A stretch of 43,233 nt of DNA from Ruminococcaceae bacterium UBA737 (GTDB taxonomy: Bacteria; Bacillota; Clostridia; Oscillospirales; Acutalibacteraceae). Made by a program: the position numbers and the translations under genes. This document shows positions 18,064-28,337 of the stretch, piece by piece. Each line of letters starts with the position of its first letter. The first letter of the stretch is position 1. The notes under the pieces were generated by a model. That model saw nothing but the letters and a program-made list of their open reading frames with translations, was not told where the DNA came from and did not search any database. The DNA lies in the NCBI GenBank assembly GCA_002297415.1, contig DBKZ01000057.1, forward strand, positions 33,351-76,583, written 5' to 3'.

Positions 18064-19020
18064 TTATTTATAGAGCCTGTCAAGGAAAGCCGCGCCGATA
18101 ATTCCCGCGTCGTTTCCGAGGTCCGCCGCTTTGATAACGGTTTTTGCGGGGATATTTCTCGCATAGTTTTCGCCGCTTATTATTTCTCTTATCGGGGCAA
18201 TAAGCGTTTCGCCCTCTTTTGAAATTCCTCCGCCGATACAGATAACATCAGGCTGGAAGGTGTTTATAATATTAGCTAAACCTACGGCTACATAGCCTAT
18301 ATAATTATCGACAACCGCTTTTCCTGCCTCGTCGCCGTTTCTCATTGCGTTAAAGGCGGTTTTTCCGCTCGCATTGTCAAGCTTTCCGTCGCATAACTGC
18401 CACATGGAACTTTCGGGGAATCTTATCATTGCCTGCTTTGTCTGTCTGATAAGAGCGGTAGCAGAAGCATAAGCCTCATAACAGCCGAGTCTTCCGCAGG
18501 TGCATGCCTCGCCGTTCATTTGAATAACGGTGTGTCCGAGCTCTCCGCCTGCATAGTTAGAGCCTGAATAAAGCTTGCCGTCGATAATAATTCCTCCGCC
18601 GACGCCCGTTCCTAAGGTTACGGCGATAAAGTTTTTTGTACCTCTGCCTGCGCCCGCGATATATTCGCCGTAAGCCGCGGCATTCGCGTCATTTTCAAGG
18701 AAAAGGTCAACCCCGAGCCTCTCTTTTAACATATCTCCAAGCGGAAGATCATAAAATCCCAAATTGTTTGAATAGGTGACAATTCCTGTTTTCGGGTTTA
18801 TTGACCCGGGAGTTCCTATTCCCACCGCCGCTATATCCTTAATTTCTACGCCTGCGGCTTTTGCCGCTTCGATACTTACTTTAGCTATATCGTCAACTAT
18901 TTCTTCCGAGGGTCTCGGCAAATTAGTCTTAACCTTATTAGTTGCAATGATTTTATAATCCTCATCCACAACACCTGCAACGATATTTGTTCCGCCTAAA
19001 TCAATTCCGAGTCTTAACAT
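18064..19020 (-). CDS. glcK: ROK family glucokinase
   Basis: 318 aa with the ATP-binding motif LGIDLGGTNI and the ROK zinc motif GHTVIQMNGEACTCGRLGCYEAYAS. Confidence 0.85.
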   Translation of the reverse strand: MLRLGIDLGGTNIVAGVVDEDYKIIATNKVKTNLPRPSEEIVDDIAKVSIEAAKAAGVEIKDIAAVGIGTPGSINPKTGIVTYSNNLGFYDLPLGDMLKERLGVDLFLENDANAAAYGEYIAGAGRGTKNFIAVTLGTGVGGGIIIDGKLYSGSNYAGGELGHTVIQMNGEACTCGRLGCYEAYASATALIRQTKQAMIRFPESSMWQLCDGKLDNASGKTAFNAMRNGDEAGKAVVDNYIGYVAVGLANIINTFQPDVICIGGGISKEGETLIAPIREIISGENYARNIPAKTVIKAADLGNDAGIIGAAFLDRLYK

Positions 19021-19038
19021 ATATTTTCCTCCGATAAA

Positions 19039-19983
19039 TCAGTTTTTGCTGTCTTTAAAATCGTCCGTCATACCAAGCCTGCTTAAAAGGTCCTCAGCCG
19101 CATTATAGCCGAGCTTTTTCTGACGGTTGTTCATAGCGGCGATTTCTATAATTACCGCAAGGTTACGCCCGGGTCTTACAGGCACCGTAAGCGACGGGAC
19201 GGTAAGTCCTAAAATTTCTGTCGTCTGGTTTTCGAGACCCATTCTGTCATAGACCTTATTAACATCCCACTGCTCGAGATTAACTACAAGGTCTATCTTC
19301 TCTGTAAGCTTTACCGCTCCGACACCGAATATTCTGCTTGCATTTATTATACCTATTCCGCGAAGCTCTATAAAATGACGGATATTTTCGGGAGCCGAGC
19401 CAACAAGCGATTTGCTTGACACTCTTCTTATTTCCACCGCGTCGTCCGCAATAAGACGGTGGCCTCGCTTTACAAGCTCTATAGCGGTTTCGCTTTTTCC
19501 TACTCCGCTTTCGCCGAGCAGCAAAATTCCCTCGCCGTAAACCTCAACCAAAACTCCGTGCCTTGTAATTCTCGGAGCTAAATTAAGGCTCAAAAAAGCG
19601 ATAAGAGCCGCTGAAAAGCCGGATGTTGTATCCTTAGTTCTAAGCAGCGGAACGCCGAATTCCTTTGCCTCTTCTATAAAATATTCAGGCATTTCAAGCT
19701 CTCTTGAAAGCACTACGGCTACAGGCTTTCTTGAGAAAAATTCCTTTGCCCTGCCTATAGCCTTTTCGGGCACAAAGCATTCTATAAAGCTCATTTCGCT
19801 CAGACCGAAAATCTGAATACGGTCCGCGTCAAAATAATTGAAAAATCCCGCTATCTGAAGTCCGGGGCGGTTGATTTCGGTGCTTGATATCAAAATATTC
19901 TCCGGATTTTCGGGAAGATAAAATTCTTCAAGGTTAAATTCATCAATAATTTTTTTCAGAGATACGGTATAATTTGTCTTCAT
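19039..19983 (-). CDS. hprK: HPr kinase/phosphorylase
   Basis: Walker A is GESGVGKSE and the signature is ELRGIGIIN. The ORF track starts at GTG 19989. I prefer the ATG at 19983 because it lies 7 nt after GGGAG. Confidence 0.92.
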   Translation of the reverse strand: MKTNYTVSLKKIIDEFNLEEFYLPENPENILISSTEINRPGLQIAGFFNYFDADRIQIFGLSEMSFIECFVPEKAIGRAKEFFSRKPVAVVLSRELEMPEYFIEEAKEFGVPLLRTKDTTSGFSAALIAFLSLNLAPRITRHGVLVEVYGEGILLLGESGVGKSETAIELVKRGHRLIADDAVEIRRVSSKSLVGSAPENIRHFIELRGIGIINASRIFGVGAVKLTEKIDLVVNLEQWDVNKVYDRMGLENQTTEILGLTVPSLTVPVRPGRNLAVIIEIAAMNNRQKKLGYNAAEDLLSRLGMTDDFKDSKN

Positions 19984-20069
19984 ACGCACGCTCCCATATA
20001 TATTTTAAATATATTATACTATACTTTTCCTTAATTTGGAATGATTTTTTTAAAATTTATTATTTTTTC

Positions 20070-20098
20070 TTGATATGGGGACGGTTTGAATGTATAAT
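20070..20098 (+). promoter_or_regulatory. SigA-type promoter for the ychF operon
   Basis: TTGATA (20070-20075), a 17-nt spacer, then TATAAT (20093-20098). Confidence 0.5.
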
Positions 20099-20131
20099 TA
20101 TATTGATTTATTGTATTTTGGAGGCATATAT

Positions 20132-21235
20132 ATGAAACTCGGAATGGTAGGACTTCCGAATGTCGGAAAGTCAACCCTGTTTAATGCTATAACGAATGCC
20201 GGAGCGCAGTCGGCTAACTATCCTTTCTGCACTATTGAGCCTAATGTGGGCGTAGTAAGCGTTCCCGATGAAAGGCTCGAAAAATTAAAGGAAATTTATA
20301 ATCCCGACAAGTTCACGCCGGCTGTAATAGAATTTGTGGATATCGCGGGTCTTGTTAAGGGCGCCTCAAAGGGTGAAGGCTTAGGAAACAAATTTTTAAG
20401 CAATATAAGAGAGGTCGACGCGATAGTTCATGTTGTCCGCTGCTTTGAAAGCACCGATATAATTCATGTCGAAGGCTCTGTTGACCCTGCAAGGGATATT
20501 GAAACCATAAATTTAGAGCTTATCTTTTCGGATATGGAAATCGTTGCAAGAAGGCTTGATAAGGCGCAGAAAGCGGCTAAGGGCGACAAATCGGCTTTAA
20601 AAGAGGTTGATTTCTTAAAAAGGCTCAATGCCCATCTTGAATCGGGACTTCCCGCGCGCTCTATGGAGACTGAGGACGATAATGAATACGAAATTCTTCA
20701 TTCGACCGCTCTTCTTTCCTTAAAGCCCGTAATTTACGCATGCAATATGAGCGAAGAGGACTTCACATCGGGAATTGAGGATAATAAGAACTATCTTACC
20801 GTAAAAGAAATCGCCGAGCGTGAAAAGGCGGAAATTCTTCCGATATGCGCTTCCCTCGAGGCCGAGATTTCAGAGCTTTCGGACGAGGAAAAAATGATGT
20901 TCTTGGAAGAAATAGGACTTGAAAGGTCGGGACTTGACCGAATGATTCAAAAATGCTATCACCTTTTAGGGCTTATTTCCTATCTTACGGCAGGAAAGCC
21001 CGAGGTAAGAGCATGGACCATAACAAAGGGCACAAAAGCGCCTCAGGCGGCAGGAAAAATCCACTCCGATTTTGAGCGCGGATTTATCAGAGCCGAGGTT
21101 ATCGCTTATGATGATTTTATAAACAAGTGCGGCGGAAATATGGTAACCGCAAAGGAAAAGGGCTTAGTCAGAAGCGAGGGCAAGGACTATGTCATGAATG
21201 ACGGAGATATCGTTCTTTTCAGATTTAATGTCTGA
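20132..21235 (+). CDS. ychF: Ribosome-binding ATPase YchF
   Basis: [19 protein letters not shown], with the C-terminal TGS-like end [11 protein letters not shown]. The ATG at 20132 is preceded by GGAGG. The ORF-track start at 20090 lies inside the predicted -10 box. Confidence 0.93.
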   Translation: MKLGMVGLPNVGKSTLFNAITNAGAQSANYPFCTIEPNVGVVSVPDERLEKLKEIYNPDKFTPAVIEFVDIAGLVKGASKGEGLGNKFLSNIREVDAIVHVVRCFESTDIIHVEGSVDPARDIETINLELIFSDMEIVARRLDKAQKAAKGDKSALKEVDFLKRLNAHLESGLPARSMETEDDNEYEILHSTALLSLKPVIYACNMSEEDFTSGIEDNKNYLTVKEIAEREKAEILPICASLEAEISELSDEEKMMFLEEIGLERSGLDRMIQKCYHLLGLISYLTAGKPEVRAWTITKGTKAPQAAGKIHSDFERGFIRAEVIAYDDFINKCGGNMVTAKEKGLVRSEGKDYVMNDGDIVLFRFNV

Positions 21236-21262
21236 TATTCTTAATTTCCGGAGGGACAGGCT

Positions 21263-22429
21263 ATGCTGCGAAAAACCTATGCTGAAATAAATGAAGAAAC
21301 CCTTAAAAACAACATAAAAAACATAAGGCTCAATTACAGCGAATATAAATATTATTTCGGCGTTGTAAAGGGCAATGCCTACGGGCACGGCTTTCACACC
21401 GTAAACGCGCTGATTGATGGCGGAATAAACTACCTTGCCGTGGCAACGCCCGACGAGGCTTTAAAAGTAAGAGAATTTAACGGAGAAATACCGATTTTAT
21501 GCTTGGAGCCCGCAGACCTTTCGGCGGTAAATGCTATGCTTGACAATAACATCACCTTAACGGTCGACAGCTTAGATACCTTAGACTCGGTTTTAAAGGC
21601 TGAAAAAAGCAAAAATATAAAGGTTCACCTTAAAATCGACAGCGGAATGAACCGCCTCGGCTTTAAGGACCCTAATGAGCTGAAAGAAGCCTTTAAAGCG
21701 ATTAAGGAAAGCGAAAATATTACGCTTGAAGGAATTTTTACACATCTTGCAACCTCAGGGCTTAACGATTCTTATTATGACCGACAGATAGATAATTTTT
21801 ACGGCATAATAAATATTGCGGGACTAAACTTAAACGAAATCCCCATAATTCACATTGACCGCTCGCTTACTTTGGTGCATCACAAAAAACAGCCGTTTGT
21901 AAACGGAGTGAGACTCGGTATCTGTATGTACGGATTTGCCCAGAGCCTTAACGAGCCGACGGGACTCAGAAAAATCAAGAGAGATTTTTATGTTAAAAAG
22001 TCAGGTATAAGCGATGTTATATTCAAAAACCAATTAGATGTTAAAACCGCTATGTCGCTTTATACCGAGGTTATTGCCGTAAAGCAGGTTAAAAAGGGTG
22101 AATTCGCGGGCTACGGCGCCGAATATGCTTTCGAAGAGAACGGCTATGCCGCGACCTTGGCGATAGGCTATTATGACGGAATACCCGACGGACTTAAAAC
22201 CGTTAACATAAACGGAAAGAATTATAAGATAATCGGCGAGCATTGCATGGATATGATAAGCATTAAGGCGGACGCAAGCGTTAAAGCGGGAGACAAAGCA
22301 GAGATTTTCGGCGATAAGGTTTCGGTAAAATCGGCGGCGGCGCAGAGCGGTATCAGCTCCTACAAGCTTTTATGCTCGGTATCTTCAAGAGTGCCGAGGG
22401 TTTACGGCGAGGAAGAATTATATATTTAA
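21263..22429 (+). CDS. Alanine racemase family (fold type III PLP) racemase, divergent paralog
   Basis: 388 aa. The PLP-lysine motif is VVKGNAYGHG and the catalytic Tyr context is GEFAGYGAEY. It carries roughly 20 extra residues after MYGF compared with the canonical copy at 27141. Confidence 0.8.
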   Translation: MLRKTYAEINEETLKNNIKNIRLNYSEYKYYFGVVKGNAYGHGFHTVNALIDGGINYLAVATPDEALKVREFNGEIPILCLEPADLSAVNAMLDNNITLTVDSLDTLDSVLKAEKSKNIKVHLKIDSGMNRLGFKDPNELKEAFKAIKESENITLEGIFTHLATSGLNDSYYDRQIDNFYGIINIAGLNLNEIPIIHIDRSLTLVHHKKQPFVNGVRLGICMYGFAQSLNEPTGLRKIKRDFYVKKSGISDVIFKNQLDVKTAMSLYTEVIAVKQVKKGEFAGYGAEYAFEENGYAATLAIGYYDGIPDGLKTVNINGKNYKIIGEHCMDMISIKADASVKAGDKAEIFGDKVSVKSAAAQSGISSYKLLCSVSSRVPRVYGEEELYI

Positions 22430-22442
22430 AAAGAGGTCGGCT

Positions 22443-23663
22443 ATGGAATTTGATATACTTATTATCGGCACCGACGCAAACGCCTATTATATGGCGCGGT
22501 GCTATTATGAAAAATACGGCAAAAAGGCCGCTTTGCTCGGTCACTCTCCTCTTCCCTACACTACCTATACCGATATTCTGACAGTTATTTACGATGAAAG
22601 CATTTGGACGGAGGAAGGCTTTTTAAAAGCGCTCAGCGTTTATAAAAAGACTGCTCCCGACAAAAAAATAATTCTTATAAGTTCAAACGAGACCTATGCG
22701 GAATTTATTTCTAAGAACAAAGAAAAGCTAAACTCTTTGGGTTATGTTTTCAATTATCCCGATATCGGGCTTTTACATTCCTTTATGTATAAAGAGTCTT
22801 TTTACAAGACATACGAAAACAGCATTTTAAATCTTCCGAAAACGGAATATTTCGATTGCTCGAAGGACGGTAAACTAAGCGGAGATTTTACCTATCCCGT
22901 TATTTTAAAGCCGAGCAATGTTATCGAGTACAATCATTTATCCTTTGCGGGGAAAAACAAGATTTATAAGATAAATTCAAAAGAGGAGCTTGAAAGCACA
23001 GTTTCGCTTATAAAAAACAGCGGATATTCGGACAGGCTTATTATTCAGGATTTTATCCCGGGCGACGACAGCTGTCTTTTCGACGCTGTAGCCTATTGCT
23101 CATCAGATAAAAAATTAAGGCTTCTTTCCTTTGCGCAAATAGGGCTTCAGGAGCATACGAAAAATATGGTCGGCAACGCGGCTGTTTTGATTAACGGCTA
23201 CAATCAGTTCGGCAACACCGAGCAGATATGCGGGGAATTAAAAAGCTTTCTTGAAGAAGTCGGATACACTGGCTTTGCGGAATTCGATTTGAAGTATGAC
23301 AAGCGCGACGGCAAATTCAAGGTGCTTGAAATAAACGCAAGGCAAGGCAGAAGCAGTTATTATATTGACGCGTTAGGCTACAATCCTATAGAAATTTTAA
23401 AAGAGGATTTAATTGATAACAAGAAAAAAAGCTACGGACTTATAAAGGAAGAAATTCTTTTGTCATTCGTTCCGAAAGGCATTATTAAAAAGTATATTGT
23501 GAACAAGGAATACGCAAAAAAAGCGCTTACACTTTGGAAAAAGGGGCATGTAAACCCCCTGTATTTTAAAGAGGACAAAAATTTCAAGCGAAAGCTTTAT
23601 CTTACTAAAAAAGCTTTAAGATATTTTAAAGAGTATAAAAACGGATACTGGAAGGTTGATTGA
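22443..23663 (+). CDS. ATP-grasp carboxylate--amine ligase, resembling D-aspartate ligase (Aslfm/AslA-type) enzymes
   Basis: 406 aa. The N-terminus ILIIGTDANAYYMARCYYEKYG is the pattern I associate with the COG3919/Asl-type ATP-grasp group. The ATP-grasp core includes VILKP, IIQDFIPG and EINAR. The family call is from memory and is not a search result. Confidence 0.6.
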   Translation: MEFDILIIGTDANAYYMARCYYEKYGKKAALLGHSPLPYTTYTDILTVIYDESIWTEEGFLKALSVYKKTAPDKKIILISSNETYAEFISKNKEKLNSLGYVFNYPDIGLLHSFMYKESFYKTYENSILNLPKTEYFDCSKDGKLSGDFTYPVILKPSNVIEYNHLSFAGKNKIYKINSKEELESTVSLIKNSGYSDRLIIQDFIPGDDSCLFDAVAYCSSDKKLRLLSFAQIGLQEHTKNMVGNAAVLINGYNQFGNTEQICGELKSFLEEVGYTGFAEFDLKYDKRDGKFKVLEINARQGRSSYYIDALGYNPIEILKEDLIDNKKKSYGLIKEEILLSFVPKGIIKKYIVNKEYAKKALTLWKKGHVNPLYFKEDKNFKRKLYLTKKALRYFKEYKNGYWKVD

Positions 23664-25516
23664 ACATGTGCGGTTTTATAGGCTTTACCGATTTAAGACC
23701 TAAGGAAGAAAAGAAAATAATCGCCGAAAATATGGCTGACAGAATAATTCACCGCGGACCCGACAGCGACGGGTATTTTACCGACGATACAGTCGCTCTC
23801 GGCTTCAGGAGACTCTCAATTGTAGACTTAGCGGGCGGAGACCAGCCTATTTTCAACGAGGATAAAACAAAGGTAATAGTTTTTAACGGCGAGATTTATA
23901 ATCATAAGGAATTAAGAAGCGAGCTTGAAAAAAAGGGACATATCTTTTCAAGCAACGCCGACACCGAGGCTATTCTTCACGGCTACGAGGAATACGGCGA
24001 CGAGCTTTTTAACAAGCTTCGCGGAATGTTCGCATTTGTTATTTACGATTTAAAGACAAAAGAGCTTGTAGGTGCGAGAGACCCGTTCGGCATAAAGCCG
24101 TTTTATTATTACAGAAAAAATGACAGCTTTATGTTTGCCTCCGAAATCAAGGCCATGCTTGCGCACCCCGATTTTGAAAAGGAAGTAAACAGAAGCGCTC
24201 TTAAAATGTTCCTTTTATTCCAGTACTCGGTATTTGAAGAAACATTTTTTAAAAATGTCTATAAGCTAAACCCCGGACATTGTTTTAAATATAAAGACGG
24301 GAATTTAGAAATCAAACAGTATTTCGAGGTAAAATATAACAAGGTTGACAAGGGCTACGAGGAATATAAAAAGGAAATCAAGGAAGCTCTTGAAAACTCC
24401 GTAAGCTGTCATAAGCTGTCGGCTGATGTTGAGGTAGGGTCATATCTTTCGGGCGGCGTTGATTCCTCTTATGTGGTAAGCGTCGCAAAACCCGACAAAA
24501 CCTTTACGGTAGGCTTTGATGTAAACGGGTTTGACGAAACAAAAATGGCTCACGATTTTTCGGAAAGCTGCGGAATTCATAATTTCAGCAAATATATTTC
24601 AAAGGACGAATTTTTTGACGCGCTGCCTAAGGTGCAATACCATACCGACGAGCCCGAAGCTAACCTTTCGGCAGTTCCCCTGCTTTTTCTTTCAAAGCTT
24701 GCAAGCGAAAAGGTAAAGGTTGTTTTATCGGGCGAGGGGTCCGACGAAATGTTCGGCGGATATAACGAATATCCCGAAACCTTAGGGGTTAAGGCATATA
24801 TGGCGCTTCCGTCGGGAATTAAAAACACCGCTTCGAAAATCGCGAAAAAGCTCCCCCACTTCCCCGGCAAAAACACAATTATAAAATATGCCAAGCCTTT
24901 TTGCGAGAGATACATGGGTCACGCTCAGATAATGGACGAGGACGAGGCAAACGAAATTTTGTGCGAGGATTTAAGGGACAATTCCACCACAACCGAGGTT
25001 TTAAAGCCTTTTTACGATAAGGTTAAAAATGAGGACGACTGCCTGCAAAAAATGTATATAGATATGCACTTCTGGCTCCCGCAGGACATCCTATTAAAAG
25101 CGGATAAAATGACAATGGCAAATTCCCTTGAGCTGAGAGTCCCCTTCCTTGACAAAGAGGTTTGGCAAGTTGCTTCCGCAATTCCCACAAAGTATTTAAT
25201 AAAGGGCAAAAAGACAAAGGCAATATTCCGCGATGTTGCGGAAGAAAAAATGCCCGAGGAATGGAGCAAGAGAAGAAAATTAGGCTTCCCTGTTCCCTTT
25301 TCAAAATGGGTTAAGGAAGATAAATACTATAACCGTGTAAAAGAAATGTTTGAAAAAGACGCCACATCGCTTTTTTTTGATAAAAACGCGATATTAAAGC
25401 TGTTAGAGGAGCATAAAAACGGCATTAAGAACAACGGCAGAAAAATCTACAACATCTATACTTTCCTTATCTGGTACGATGTTTATTTCGGGGAGAACAG
25501 TAAATGGGTAAGCTGA
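23660..25516 (+). CDS. asnB: Asparagine synthase (glutamine-hydrolysing) family amidotransferase
   Basis: 618 aa with the N-terminal MCGF Ntn-cysteine and the PP-loop SGGVDSS. There is a 4-nt overlap with the upstream ATP-grasp gene. Confidence 0.9.
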   Translation: MNMCGFIGFTDLRPKEEKKIIAENMADRIIHRGPDSDGYFTDDTVALGFRRLSIVDLAGGDQPIFNEDKTKVIVFNGEIYNHKELRSELEKKGHIFSSNADTEAILHGYEEYGDELFNKLRGMFAFVIYDLKTKELVGARDPFGIKPFYYYRKNDSFMFASEIKAMLAHPDFEKEVNRSALKMFLLFQYSVFEETFFKNVYKLNPGHCFKYKDGNLEIKQYFEVKYNKVDKGYEEYKKEIKEALENSVSCHKLSADVEVGSYLSGGVDSSYVVSVAKPDKTFTVGFDVNGFDETKMAHDFSESCGIHNFSKYISKDEFFDALPKVQYHTDEPEANLSAVPLLFLSKLASEKVKVVLSGEGSDEMFGGYNEYPETLGVKAYMALPSGIKNTASKIAKKLPHFPGKNTIIKYAKPFCERYMGHAQIMDEDEANEILCEDLRDNSTTTEVLKPFYDKVKNEDDCLQKMYIDMHFWLPQDILLKADKMTMANSLELRVPFLDKEVWQVASAIPTKYLIKGKKTKAIFRDVAEEKMPEEWSKRRKLGFPVPFSKWVKEDKYYNRVKEMFEKDATSLFFDKNAILKLLEEHKNGIKNNGRKIYNIYTFLIWYDVYFGENSKWVS

Positions 25517-27120
25517 AAAAATCCTCATTTTTAGAGGGCGCTTTTATTGCTACCGTTTGTATTTTCATAAGTAAAATATTAGGTATTATCTATGTTATTC
25601 CCTTTAAAAAGATTATCGGGGACGACGGCGGCGCGCTTTACGGCTACGCTTATAACATTTATAATATTTTTCTTACGATTTCAAGCGTAGGAATACCCTT
25701 TGCCATCTGCAAGCTCGCAAGCGAATATGACGCGCTCGGGCTTACCGAAAAAAAGGTCAGAATGTACAGGCTGGCAACAAGGATAATCGCGGCGTTCTCT
25801 GTAATTTCGTTTTTAATCTGCTTTTTCTTTGCAGGTCCGCTTTCAAAGCTTATTATAGGCGATATCGAGGGCGGAAACACCTTTGAGGATGTTAAGTTCG
25901 TTATCCGCTGTATTGCGTTCACCCTGCTAATCGTGCCGCTTTTAAGCATAAAAAGAGGATATCTGCAAGGGCACAAATTTATAAGCCAGCCTTCGATAAG
26001 TCAGGTTATAGAACAGCTTGTAAGAATAATAGTTATTTTAATAGGCAGTTATCTTTTCGTTTTCGTTTTTAAGCTTCCGATAAGATTTGCCGTAGGAATT
26101 TCTGTTTTTGCGGCGGCCGTAGGCGGATTTATAGCTTATCTTTATTTATCGAAAACCGTCCGCAGGAACAAAGAGGATTTAAGCCTTAACACAAAAGCTC
26201 TTGATTCGTCTAATGACAAAACGATAATAAAGGATATTGTCCTTTGCTCAATTCCGTTTATAATAATAAATCTTGCAAACACGCTGTATACAAGCACCGA
26301 TATGATTTTGGTGCTTCACACACTTCCCCGCCTCGGCTTTACAGGCAAGGAAACGGAATTTATAAGCAGTGTTTTCACAACATGGGGAACCAAATTCAAC
26401 GCTATTATAACAGCGGTTTCAACAGGTCTTATTGTAAGCCTTATTCCGAATATAGTTCACGATTACACCTGTAAGGATTTTGAGCTTGTAAACACAAATT
26501 TCAATAAGTGCCTTAAAATAATTCTTCTGATAATCGCCCCGCTTTCGCTTTTTATAAGTCTTGAAGCGGACAACTTCTGGACTGTTTTTTACGGGCAGAA
26601 TAAAACCGGCTCTTCGATAATAAAATTTACAATAATAGTAACTATTTTCGACTGCCTTTATATGGTGCTTAATTCCCTGCTCCAGAGCCTTAACAAAAAG
26701 CATATAATTTACAGGAGCGTTATAACGGGACTTGTTATCAACCTTATTTTAGATGTTCCTTTTATGTATCTGTTCAAATTCTTAGGGCTTAAAGCTTTTT
26801 ACGGCGCTATAACCGCAACTCTTGCAGGTTTCCTTGTTTCTAATACCATGAGTCTGCTTTATCTTAAAAAGAACATGGAAATAAACTTTACGGAAACCTT
26901 AAAGGCAATGCCCAGAGCACTGCTTTCTTACGCCGTTCTTATTCTGCTTTGTACCGTTTTCAACAGGTTTGCAATAAGCGGAGGTTCAAGAATAAAGAGT
27001 ATGCTTTTTATAGTTGTTTCGGGAATTATCATAGGAGGAATTTATATCCTTATAAATTTAAAACAGCTTAAAACAATTCTTCCCGAAAAGCTTTTAAGAA
27101 AGCTTAAATTGATAAAATAA
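25504..27120 (+). CDS. MOP-superfamily flippase (MurJ/SpoVB/YtgP-like polysaccharide or lipid II flippase)
   Basis: 538 aa, hydrophobic throughout with about 14 predicted TM segments. The N-terminus, SFLEGAFIATVCIFISKILGIIYVIPF, is typical of the SpoVB/YtgP group. It overlaps the asnB end by 13 nt. Confidence 0.75.
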   Translation: MGKLKKSSFLEGAFIATVCIFISKILGIIYVIPFKKIIGDDGGALYGYAYNIYNIFLTISSVGIPFAICKLASEYDALGLTEKKVRMYRLATRIIAAFSVISFLICFFFAGPLSKLIIGDIEGGNTFEDVKFVIRCIAFTLLIVPLLSIKRGYLQGHKFISQPSISQVIEQLVRIIVILIGSYLFVFVFKLPIRFAVGISVFAAAVGGFIAYLYLSKTVRRNKEDLSLNTKALDSSNDKTIIKDIVLCSIPFIIINLANTLYTSTDMILVLHTLPRLGFTGKETEFISSVFTTWGTKFNAIITAVSTGLIVSLIPNIVHDYTCKDFELVNTNFNKCLKIILLIIAPLSLFISLEADNFWTVFYGQNKTGSSIIKFTIIVTIFDCLYMVLNSLLQSLNKKHIIYRSVITGLVINLILDVPFMYLFKFLGLKAFYGAITATLAGFLVSNTMSLLYLKKNMEINFTETLKAMPRALLSYAVLILLCTVFNRFAISGGSRIKSMLFIVVSGIIIGGIYILINLKQLKTILPEKLLRKLKLIK

Positions 27121-27140
27121 TCGAAAGAGGGTAAATTCAA

Positions 27141-28265
27141 ATGGATTTTTTAAGGCGGACTTGGGCTGAAATAGACCTGAATGCTCTTAAAAACAATTTT
27201 GATATTATCAGAAAAAAAGCAGGAGATACAAAAATCGCGGCGGTTGTCAAGGCGGACGCTTACGGCCACGGTGCAAAAATAATCGCACCTGTGCTTGAGA
27301 AACTTGGCGCTGACGCATTCGCGGTTTCAAACATAGAAGAGGCTTTAGAGCTTAGAAGCTGCAAAATTACAAAGCCTATTCTTATTTTAGGCTACACTCC
27401 TACCGACCACTGCGACGCGCTCATTGAAAACGATATTTCTCAGTGCGTTTATTCGCTTGATTATGCAAAAGAGCTTTCGAAAGCCGCCCGCGCCTTAGGA
27501 AAGACCCTTAAAATTCATTTAAAGCTGGATTCGGGAATGGGCAGAATAGGATTTGATTGCAGAAGCGACTCTCTTTCGGGGCTAAATGACGCTTATGCTG
27601 CCGCAACTCTACCTTGCTTTGACTGCGAGGGAATTTTCACGCATTTTGCGGTTTCGGACCGCACTCCCGACTCTGAGGACGGATTTACAGACGAGCAATA
27701 TAACAGATTTATAAAAGCGGTGGATATTCTTAAATCCAAGGGGCTTACGCCTGAAGTTATTCATTGCTCGAACTCTGCGGCTATATGCAGGGACTCTGAA
27801 AAAAAACTTGATATGGTAAGACCGGGGATTATTCTTTACGGACTTTCTCCCGAGCCGAAGCTTAAAGATATCGGAGATTTTATACCTGTTATGACTTTAA
27901 AATCCACCGTTTCGATGGTTAAGGAAATAGGAGCGGGAGAAACCGTCAGCTACGGAAGGACATTTACGGCAGACAAAAAAATGCGCCTTGCCACGGTTGC
28001 GATAGGCTATGCCGACGGATACCCGAGACAGCTTTCAAACAAAGGGAGCGTTCTTATTAACGGAAAAAGAGCAAAAATTACGGGAAGAATCTGCATGGAC
28101 CAGATGTTAGTCGATGTTTCGGACATAGAAGATGTACATATAGGAACAGAGGTTATTCTTTTCGGAAAGGAGCTTTCGGTAAACGAATTAGCCGAGCTTG
28201 TCGGAACGATAAATTATGAAATTCTCTGCGGAATTTCAAAAAGGGTTATAAGGACGGTTGTTTAA
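27141..28265 (+). CDS. alr: Alanine racemase (canonical)
   Basis: 374 aa with RRTWAEIDLNAL, the PLP-lysine motif VVKADAYGHG and the catalytic Tyr motif VSYGRTF. Confidence 0.92.
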   Translation: MDFLRRTWAEIDLNALKNNFDIIRKKAGDTKIAAVVKADAYGHGAKIIAPVLEKLGADAFAVSNIEEALELRSCKITKPILILGYTPTDHCDALIENDISQCVYSLDYAKELSKAARALGKTLKIHLKLDSGMGRIGFDCRSDSLSGLNDAYAAATLPCFDCEGIFTHFAVSDRTPDSEDGFTDEQYNRFIKAVDILKSKGLTPEVIHCSNSAAICRDSEKKLDMVRPGIILYGLSPEPKLKDIGDFIPVMTLKSTVSMVKEIGAGETVSYGRTFTADKKMRLATVAIGYADGYPRQLSNKGSVLINGKRAKITGRICMDQMLVDVSDIEDVHIGTEVILFGKELSVNELAELVGTINYEILCGISKRVIRTVV

Positions 28266-28337
28266 TTTCTAAAAACGGGCAATATAAAATCAAGACGGTA
28301 AAATGCGGTTCAAACTAAAATAAAAAGGAGAATTTTT

